Notes under the pieces: model-generated
What the model was told of the DNA's origin: nothing
What the model saw: only the letters and a program-made list of their open reading frames with translations
Database searches by the model: none
Translations under genes and position numbers: made by a program
In this document: in pieces, positions 26,353 through 37,100 of the stretch
How positions within the stretch are numbered: position 1 is the stretch's first letter
Layout: each line of letters starts with the position of its first letter
Assembly (NCBI RefSeq): GCF_026571515.1
Contig: NW_026860036.1
Coordinates: forward strand, 248,001 to 300,933
Origin: Ruditapes philippinarum
Taxonomy: Eukaryota
DNA: 52,933 nucleotides
Direction: 5' to 3'

Positions 26353-27349
26353 TATGTATAGATAGTCAAGGTAAAAACTTTGGTGAAACTTTCGTAAACA
26401 TAATGCTGTTATGTATGTAAACTGAAAGTTATTTATATATGGCATTAATGTTATTAATTTGAAAATGAGAAGAAGATTTAAGGCCGTTTAATTTTTGTTG
26501 TTATTGCAAGTGTGCTAGGATTTAATAACGTATACTAACAAAATATTATTCCGTAAACAAATTTACATTATTAAGTACATGTAGATTTTAATACTATTAA
26601 TCAAGTATTTGGTGTAAACCGCAAAGCCGTTTAATGAAGCGTATACACATTTTAATAATAAAGCTTATATGAATATTATTAATTAATTCCTATTTTACCT
26701 ATCATGGTTTGGAAATATTCAGTCTTTATCTATTGGGACATATTGTTTTACTTGTATTTCATTTGTTATTTGTTCAGATACTAAATAAAAAGATTACATT
26801 AGTATATAATTTTACGTATTGAGTTGCCTTATAATTACATATATACCATATGAATAATTATAGTCCTTAAATATGCACGAAAACGTCACATTCAGACTGA
26901 CTGCGTTCATAATAATAAAAACAATTGTAACGGATATAAGTTTGAAAATAAATGTGGGAACAATATAGATTATAGCATGTTGAAAAGAATTGTTATTGGT
27001 GAATGTTATAAAAGGCGCGTTTTAAATGTCTGTTGCTTTTCTTCTGATAAGTATTTTATTTAATACGTTTCCTATTAGTTTGTTTTTCCTTTTTACACAT
27101 GCAAATAAGGAAAATCTTAACTGGTGAACAGAATTGGTTTAAGGGAATCATAAATGAAACAAATTTATGAAAGACAACCTGGGCGTCACCATCCTACTTC
27201 TTGAATTATATGGCCCGAAGATAAATGAGTTTAATAATTTTTCATTTTCTATTTGACATTGATAAATCCTCCTCCATTATCCTCCATATATCCTTCAAAT
27301 TGTCCGTGTGATAATATTTTCAATTAATTTCGTTGAGAATTTATAATTC

Positions 27350-27565
27350 TTTGTTTGTTTTGATTTTACGTCGTACCAACCTATAAAGGACTTATTCCAG
27401 CTTTACTGGTAGAAGAAGATGTCAGGTTCTCCGCTGCGTATTGTTTCAGGCACGAACGAACATGCACCTGTATAGAGACATGCTTGCTGGATGGCTTCCG
27501 TACATGAAAAAAAAAACAAGTCCCTGGCAGGATTCGAACCCACAGCGGTGAGAGGCAAGTGGTGA
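27350..27565 (-). mobile_element. tRNA-derived SINE, 5'-truncated
   Basis: B-box GGTTCGAATCC on the minus strand (about 27531-27541), a body shared with the copy at 34377, and an (AAAC)n tail. Confidence 0.7.
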
Positions 27566-27912
27566 GAATTTGCTAAAAGTTTTGGTGAAGACAAAAACCG
27601 TTGGGTACACATGCTAAAAAGTAAAAAAAAAATATGAATATAAATTTTGAAGTTATGTTTCATTCACGGATTTATGTCAGGTGAAAGGCAGTATTTGATT
27701 TCCATAACAGTGAGTAAATGACTAGAAAAACTAAATACCACATGAACATCATCTATATTCAGTAAATAAGCCAAAGAATTTGTCATCTTTACAGCTAGTT
27801 AATTTGTGACTTGACAGCACCAGATTCGTTCAAGCACACAACATCTTCACACGAAACAACTAGCTAGCAGTAAACATTATTTTCAAAAAATAAAGACCAT
27901 AAACAAATAAAA

Positions 27913-28268
27913 AGTTTTACTAGTTTATTTTATATTATAATGTTATCTTAGAGCATCAAAAGTCTCCGGCAGTGAGTTATACTGAATAACAAATATTTGT
28001 TTGCATTAAATGTGTTTCATTAATGATTCCCTTAAACCAACTAGTTTTACTAGTTTATTTTATATTATAATGTTATCTTAGAGCATCAAAAGTCTCCGGC
28101 AGTGAGTTATACTGAATAACAAATATTTGTTTGCATTAAATGTGTTTCATTAATGATTCCCTTAAACCAACTAGTTTTACTAGTTTATTTTACATTATAA
28201 TGTTATCTTAGAGCATCAAAAGTCTCCGGCAGTGAGTTATACTGAATAACAAATATTTGTTTGCATTG
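27913..28268. repeat. 130-bp tandem repeat, about 2.7 near-identical copies
   Basis: agttttactagtttatt recurs at 27913, 28043 and 28173. Confidence 0.95.
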
Positions 28269-30669
28269 ACAACTGTCCGTTTTTTAGAAAGGTCAACGCG
28301 ATGTATTAAAGCCATATTTCATTGCAGGTCGAGGTACTAATGACGTTAATATACTTGCTGCTCGATATTATGCGATAATGACCTTCGGACTGAGGCCCTC
28401 ATGCCATTATGGAGATACTCAGGCCTTTTATTCATGATAGTGAATAGCGACCAAGAATTTACTCTAAATAACTCATTTAAGTCTTATCAAATATATGCCT
28501 TCTCACTCCCAGTTTTTTTGGAGTTAGAAATGATGCATGGGTATGTGATAAAGTATCTATGTTCTTTTTTGTGAATATGTTTTTCTTGGTTTGTTTCCTT
28601 TCAGTTTAGTTGATATGACGTCAACCTAAAATGTCAACAAATAACACTTATTTATTTTGTTACACAATACGTCAAGATAATCTTTATTGCAATATCTTTC
28701 AATGTATAGTTAGGGAACCGACCGAAATGCAATTTCTAACTCAGTTTTAATGTCATATGACTCAAATCTTATTTAAGTTATCAATATCCTATTGAAAAAC
28801 TTGCATTATTCCGCTTAACCATTACCACGCTAAACGTCTTAAAAAGTAATTGTCCATCACAATCTGGACAAAACCATTCATCATTTCTTAGGAAATTTTT
28901 GAAATAAGAGCTGAAAGAGCAGCTAACACTGCGGGACCATGACATTTATAGTTTTTCTTTTGATTCATGAACGACAATATTCAGGATGCAGAAAAACAGC
29001 GTTTCTTTTACGTGTTTTATAGTGTTAATTTCTTTGTCTTTCGTCAGAATATACATGTTAAATTTGACCAGGTAAAGTAACCAAAGAGACGATGACGAAA
29101 ACAACGCTATGATTGATTCATCTGTCAGGGTCAAGGAAATAAGTTTAAAATTCAAAATCGGCATATATTGTTTTGCTTTCTTTATTCATGTATGTAATAA
29201 TTGGAATTCCATCACACTTAAAATATAAACAACATCAATAAAAAAAATGTTTGGACAATTAAACATCTAAAATAATTGTAGGTCTCATTACTTAAGTTTG
29301 GTAAAAATGGGTGTTTTAACACTTTCTTAAAAAGGCTTTAACAAGGCAAAGCAAAGCAATTCACAATACAAGAGTCCGGTTGAAAGATTGGGAAAGATGA
29401 CTCAAATCGCATTGCTTCTGGGCACTGAGCAACGACAATGCACAGATTGACCTTAGGGACGCCAGCCCTGTTGGCACCCCAAGCACGTGCTATGAACGAA
29501 TTGAAAATGCCGCATAACCACCGAAAAGACGCACATTGATTGTTTGATAAGTTCCTAATACGTATTAAATACTACTAAATACGCCGTGAGGATGCCATTC
29601 GCCGTAGAATCATTGTACACACACTAAGAACGCTCTAAAAATCCTGTTAAGTCGCATATAAATGCCGTAAGAACAAAATAGGAATGCCATATGAACGCCC
29701 TGTAAACGCAGTATAACCTTCATAATTGTACTTGAAACGCATTAAATAGGATGCCAAAATTTGCAATTTTGCCTGAAAAGAAATCGCGGGTTCTAGTACG
29801 GCTACGGCATTTTCCAAAACATAAAATGCCGGTTTAGGTCGCTTAAGATAGTCATACTGGGTACTTATTAGAGAAGGAGAAATAACGATTTACCGCTAGA
29901 GACATTTCAACTTCGTGAATTCGCTTATATAGATACAATTTCAACTGTATGACGATTTCAACTGATTTGATCATTAGATATTGGCTAAATAATTCAAACT
30001 TTACATATTCAGCTTCATCAAATTATGATTTTAATTTGACTAACATACGTTTGTGAATCTGAAATCGTGAACTTATGAAGTTGAATCCGTGAAGACACAA
30101 TGGCATCACCCGTTATTAGCAGGAAATCGCAAATCATTCACTTTGTATAGTGGTAGCATTGCATGGATCTTTTGCAAACTACCACTGGGAATACCTGTTT
30201 GCAGCCACATTGTATCCCCTGTCTTTTTCTTTTGTCTTTTCCAAACCATATATCAATAAAGCCCTATCCTGTCCATCATGTTTTGCCCTTTATTTACATA
30301 ATAACTTCCTGATAATTACAAGAAACAATTGATACAGACGATATATACATAGGACGTAAATCCATAAGCTGCCCTTTTTGTTGAACTTATTTAACGATGT
30401 GTGCATGCAAAAAGAAAAACAATCAACAGCTATCAAAAACATAAATATTGAAATATTGATAAGGAACAATTTTTTTTTGATAACTCTTAAGCATTTTTCA
30501 TAAGATTCGTCTATATTCTTTCACTAACATAACAGCTTAATTTCAATACAAAATACAAAACAACATTGTTAAACAAGTGAAAATACATTTATGTCGTGCA
30601 TCTCAAAATACTTTTGTATTTTATAATATTAACGACACGAGGGCATGTACCAGAAATCATTTTAATAAA

Positions 30670-31066
30670 TAAATAGAGGATATCCAAGTTTCTATAAATA
30701 GATAAAGGATCTATTTTCATCGAGTGGTATGAAAATAAATATTTTACGAGTGGCAGTAACCAGGAGTGAAATATGATAATTTTCATACCTCAAGATGAAA
30801 ATATATCCTGTATTAATAGAAATTTGAAGTTTCTGTTTATTTTATACCTTTTTCTCGTTTTTAACCTCATGAATAGGCAATATTCACTTTTAATCTTGTT
30901 TATTGGCCGAATTTAGAGGAGAGTCGTCCGGCAACACACCAGTGAAAATATGGAAAATATATTTCACTGCAGTGAAAAATAAATTTTTACAGTGAAAATA
31001 CGGAAAATAACAAAACGCATTTTATTTCATAAAAAATTCTCAATATTTCATTTATAAGTATATAAT
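30670..31066. mobile_element. non-autonomous DNA element with internal inverted repeats; absent from the duplicate segment
   Basis: The paralogous region at about 47940-47960 joins the two flanks directly. A related fragment lies at about 41480-41580. Confidence 0.65.
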
Positions 31067-31158
31067 AAAACAATATACTTATGAATAAAATGACCCTATT
31101 TGTATATTCTGTTTATATGTAAAGTAATTCGAATAATACTGTTATGATATCATGTTTG

Positions 31159-34100
31159 TTAGCAATGTGAATCTTTTCGTTTCTTTACTCGTTTCCCCTT
31201 GGATTGACGTCTTATCATGTGTAGTAGCTTTTCCTCATTCTTTTCCTGAGTAAAGAAAGCACTTTCCATCACGCTACGAACTTTATAAACATGTTTAATC
31301 TCCTTGGCAACAGTTGGGCTAAATGGCATTACCTGAATTGGGCGAACTTCCCTACTATACGTATCCGGACTTTCAGTATCAGTATTATCGGTTTGATAAC
31401 TGTGTACAACCGTTTCCGGTTGAGACATTTCCGGTTCCGGTTTATATACTTCCTTTTCCGGTGTAAAAAAAAATCTTTTATTTGCCGGAATGTCTTTGAT
31501 TGAATCTACACTGGCTATATCTAGAGTATCAGGAGATATATTACGAATGTCACGTTCATCGTCACTTTTTGGAATCTTTTTCTTTTTCCTTGTCTTCCTT
31601 TTGTGTTTATGTTTGCTGATAATTACATTTTCCATTTGGATTGGAGACGCTTCATCTTCATCTACAAATGCTGGAATATTTCCATTAGCCACAGGCTTGA
31701 TAGGTGTTTTATCAGGGCCAATTGTGAATTGTTTAGCTTCCCCTTGTTTTTTATCGTCTCGATGGATAATATCCGTTTGACTGCTTGTAGTTTGAACATT
31801 TTTCTTTGTTTTGATATTTGCTTGACTTTTCTGATTTTTTGTCTTAATCATGTCTGTTTGACATTGTCCATTAGACTGTAATATTGCTTCTGTTGATACA
31901 CCTTTATCTTTGTGTTTCAATGGTGGTACTTCAGACATCATAAAATCAGTTAATCTGTCTGATTCCGTTAAGGTTACTTGGCAGCCAATCTCTGCCCTCG
32001 GAATACGTATTTCATTCATTTCAGAGTTGATGTTAGGTTCAGTCAGATCTTTTGTTTCCACAGTATGGTGTAGTTGTACCTGGCAAGCAAAATCTTTTAA
32101 AGTTGGACTAGTGGGCGGTTCTGGTACGGATACCATGACTGGCTGTTGCAGGGATGGTTTATTCTCCGCGGGAACCTGTAATGGGGTTAAAGCATACTTT
32201 TATTTCTCAAAGATATGTTCATTTCTGCTCATGGTTGTTGCTTTGTCTATTTCAATGACAAGGAATGACAACTCCATGAGTGTTTTTTTTCGTGTAATAC
32301 GAAATTTACTTCCCTTTTAGGTTAACCATTATTGTGAAAAACAATGCGATTGTGAATTTATTGTGTGTACATGAATAACAAAAACATTAAAGATTAAAAG
32401 ATCTACATTAAATAAATCAATACATGTGACTAGGAAGTAAAACAGTGGTTAATTTACGCTCATGCAGACGACATCGATTAGATAAAATTATGATCGTGGA
32501 ATGAGGAAGAATTATTTAAATTATTTATTGACCTCGATTAAATTTGTTCGTTAAAATTTGTAAGATGTCAGCAGTGGACTTTTTAAAAAGATAAATACAT
32601 ATGTACATTCAACATGCAATTTCAAATAACAACCCTTTATCCTTTTTTCATTGCTTTACCAAATAAATTACCTTTAATAGAAAGTAATTTGTAAATATGT
32701 AATGCTTTCTATTCAGAAACATTAAACGTACAATGGTTATTGATCGTATTGTCACCTTAGTGCATTAACGGATTAAGTCCTTTTAAATTCAATAGGAGTT
32801 AACCAGTTATTGTCCCAAGATAATTAAACATGTTAAATCTAAGAAGGATAATGTTTTGCTATTGAAAATGCTTAACTTTTTAATACATGTAAATAGAGCA
32901 GGTGCAGTGATCCAGTGTTAACAGTGATTGATTGACTACAATTCGTAGGTTGTGAGTTCAACCATCAGCTACTCAAACTAATTACAATATAGGTTACCAT
33001 GACGACTATATGTAAACGTGTATTTCACACAATACCCTCTGGAACCCTTTAATAATAATTCATATGTAGTATACTTTTTATCAAATGATATTACTGACAG
33101 GTAAAATATTTTAAGAAAAAGTGAGATCCAAGAGCTTATTTCTTATCATCTACATGTAGATGGTATATAAAATAAAACACTTTTTATTTTCTATTTACTT
33201 AGTTACGAATGGATTGTCTTATGACATACGATTTGGTACGATTTACCTTTTCTAAGTCATTGCTGCTTTTAATACGACATGTTCTGTATAGGCAACATGA
33301 TAATATCATAACAACAATCAACAGAATGGCCGACAACACTCCCAGAGCAATTACTACAGCCAAGTAGTCATCTGGAAAAAATACAACAACAAGAGATTTC
33401 ATTATGTTCATTGCCGGATAGTCATCTGTAACAAAAACACTTGTAGGGATGTTAATTGTGGAGTAGTGATCTGTGACAAAATAAAAAGATGACACGATGT
33501 TCATTGCCTAAAAGTCGTTTTGAATAAAAACAGATGCCAGATTGCCGGATAATCATCTATAACAAAAACACATGTACGGATGTTAATACCCGAGTAGTCA
33601 TCTGGCAACAGATCTCACAACAGTTATCTGGAACAAAAACAGATTTCGTAATGTTAATTTGAAAAAAAAACATGGCTGCAATTATGAAACTTTCTTTATT
33701 ACTGAAAAAAAAACTCTAAGTATATATTTAATGAAATGGTAAACTGTATTTGTCTCATTTACCGTTTGTGACAAAGTTATACGCAAGTGTTTAATATATA
33801 TTGCAAAAGAACTGGCAAAAATATGAATGATCTAAGCTATAATATCATTGCAAACATTATGATTCTGCTGTGTCTGCGGAGAAGCATGCGAGGAATTCCG
33901 CCCAAAGTAAGGAGGACAGTCGTCACATCAGCGTAGAGGTGACGGCAGAAATGAAATATTCAATAATAACAGAACATGTGGTTTGATAAATTTTATAAAA
34001 ATCAGTAAATCGATACCCTTTTCTTCAGAATTGTCCTCTGCTGTTGTTACATTGTGTGAATCTGTTGACGTTATAATAGTAGTTGTCATATTCTCAGTGG

Positions 34101-37100
34101 TTGTAGATGTGGTTACCGTGGTAATGTTCATTGTTGTACTGGTTGTCGTCTGCATGCAGTATTGTTGTGATGTAGGCGGACAGCTGACAGTTATGTTAGC
34201 ATTCTGATTGGCTATTAAGCAACAGCAACAAAAACAACAACTAAAAATGATTATCAAAAGGTTACGTAATTAATGTTCTAGGAATAGAACACATATTTAT
34301 TGATGTTATCTTATCTGATATAATCATAAAATTATCCTCTATTTTTTAACAAAGAATGGCGAATGCGCAAACAATTCTTTTGTCTGGGTTTCACGTCGCA
34401 TCAACACAGTATAGGTCATACGGCGACTTTCAGGCTTTACTGGCGGAAGAAGACCTCAAGTGTCGGCAGAAACAGGCATTTGAGTAGAACAACGGCGTAA
34501 CGAAAGCTATCTGGATAACCTTCTGACATGTAGAATCCGACGACACTTGCACGGCTCGAACCTACAACTACCTAAAACCCCTGTCACACTAGGGCGGCGT
34601 TCTCACGGCGTCCAATGAATTTTCAGAACGCCGAGGTGAGCGCAGTAAGATCGCAAACATCGCCGCAGCATCGCCGTAGCATCGTAGTGGTATCGCATAG
34701 AACGCCGACCGACGGCGCGCATTTTGAGCATGTTCAAAACAAACGCCGTCACTCGGCGTTCTAAAGTGAGCTCAGTGGGATCGCAGCAAGGACGCCGTAG
34801 CAACTCAGTAACATCTCCTACAACGCAACAGGAGCGCCGTGAAAGCGCAAAAGGAACGCCGAATGAACGCGGTGGTTATCCACGGCGCTTGTACGGAGTT
34901 TGTGCGGCGTCCTTACCGCGCTTATACTGCGTGTGCACGGCGCTTTTACAGAGCTTTACGATTTCAGCGCAGTGTGAATGCCGTAAGGGCGCCGTATAAG
35001 CGCCGTAAAAGCGCAGTGAAAGCGCAAAGAACGTCGTAGAAGCGCGATCTGAACGAAGACAATCGTCAATTAAAACGCCGTGGAAGCTCCGTAGCATCGC
35101 CATGATTGCCGTGGGGACGCCGTGAAGACTCCATGAAGTCTTCATGTCATCAAAAATATTAGATTTTTCATTGCGATCTCGCGGCGCTTTGTTAAATTTT
35201 ACAACGCCGTGCAAACGCAGTGAAAGCGCAGTCTGGTGTGACAGGGCCTTAACCAACGACCTTTCATACGGACGCCCCTTTTATACCCAAAATAAATAGT
35301 TAAAACGCTACTTGAAATTGTATGTAACAAACAAATAGAAATAGAGAAATACAGAATCACTAAAGAAAGCCCAACACGACAAAATTGAAAATGTTGCAGG
35401 CTCGGTTTGATTGAGCCTGTTCATGGACGGTACTGGAAAGTGCAAGTTATCGTCCACGCCCCCTAGCACCGGCTTAAGCAGAATTCAACATTTAACATGA
35501 CAATGGTGAAATTTTGAATTTAGAAACATCCGCAGATGTGTTCATAAAAGTCTATGTAAAAAAAATCTGGAAACAAAGTGATCCCTCGGAAGCATTAATC
35601 ACAACAATATTACAAGAGAATTGCAGACTCGGTTTGATTGAGTCTGTACATGAGGGGTAATGAATACGTGCAACATCCCTCACGCCCCCGAGCACCGGCT
35701 TGAGCGGTACTCAATTCTCAACACTTAATAGTGCTGGCATCAATGATCCTGAAGGACCAGAAAAATATAACAACTCTGAAGTGAAGTACAGGGCAACTTT
35801 TTACAGCTGCCACACAGCACTTAACACCTGCTGTTGTGAAGTATAAAAATCTTGAAATAAAGTGATCCCTCTGAATCATTAAACACAACAAAATTACAAG
35901 AGAATTGCAGACTCAGTTTGATTGAGTCTGTACATGAGGGATAATGAATACGTGAAACACCCCTCACGCCCCCTAGCACCGGCTTGAGCGGTACTCAATT
36001 CTCAATACTTAACAGTGCTGGCATCAATGATCCCAAAGGACCAGAAAAATATAACAACCAGAAAAATATAACAACAATAAAATACTTAAACAGATATAGC
36101 TTTTACCCCTTAACTTGGTTGTTTACAAAAAATAATATTAAATTAAAAAACCCTTTGCATTTAAGATTAAAAATATAATAAACGGAAACCTTTAAACCCC
36201 ATCCAGACCTTGCCGTCGCTATCATTACGGGTATTTTCTAGGTTAAGCAGTATATAAGTAACCTGTGCTTGGAAGTTTTCTATATCTTGTTTGTTATCAC
36301 TACATGTCCACTCATAAAGGATAGTACTATTTTCACCACTTCCAATCCGAACAGTTTGATTGCACGCCCCATTTCTGAAAGAAGTTATTTGTCGTATAAG
36401 CTCTGATTTTGATGGTCAAATTCGAGAGAACGAACGCATACAAACATGTTATTGTTATGATATGCAGTTTTATTAACTTACGAATCGGTATTTGTTTTGA
36501 GTTTGAAGACACATAAAAATTGTAAAGATCACTTTTTCACTTTTTAGCCTGCTCGTTCCTGAACGAATTCAGGGACACCTGATGTCTTTCATCATTGTCG
36601 CCGAATGACTTTAACAATTTCGGTGTGACTCAAAGTTCAACAAAACAAACAAACAAACAAAATTAAAAAAAAAGAATTATGATTTTTATTGATTAAGCAG
36701 GACCACAGACCATAGTTTCAGTATATTTAGTATAAACGGAAGCATGCTGAAGCCACCCACCATATGAAATCTAGCTTATTTAAAGTGGTAAATGTCACAA
36801 GGTGAGAAAAATGTGCAGCCTGACCGAGACTCGAACCCGGGACCTCGGAATACCGTACCGCGGCTCTGCCGACTGAGCTATCCGGCCGCTTACACATCCT
36901 CTCCCCCTATATAGTGAACAGTTCTGAACCGTGACATACTCCCCTGCTATATTGAAATTTGTCCTCGAAATTCACAGAGTTACAGAGCAATGTGAATTAA
37001 ACTCTGAGCTATATTCAGTCACGGCCCCACGTTGGGCGCCAAATGTCACAAGGTGAGAAAAATGTGCAGCCTGACCGGGACTCGAACCCGGGACCCTCGG

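Noticed and set aside
32895-32975. tRNA-like A/B box remnant (also about 51420-51495)
   Set aside because: Highly degenerate with no cloverleaf; probably an old SINE head.
34603-35256. Overlapping ORFs in a GC-rich island
   Set aside because: They lie inside a non-coding MITE and show no transposase motifs.
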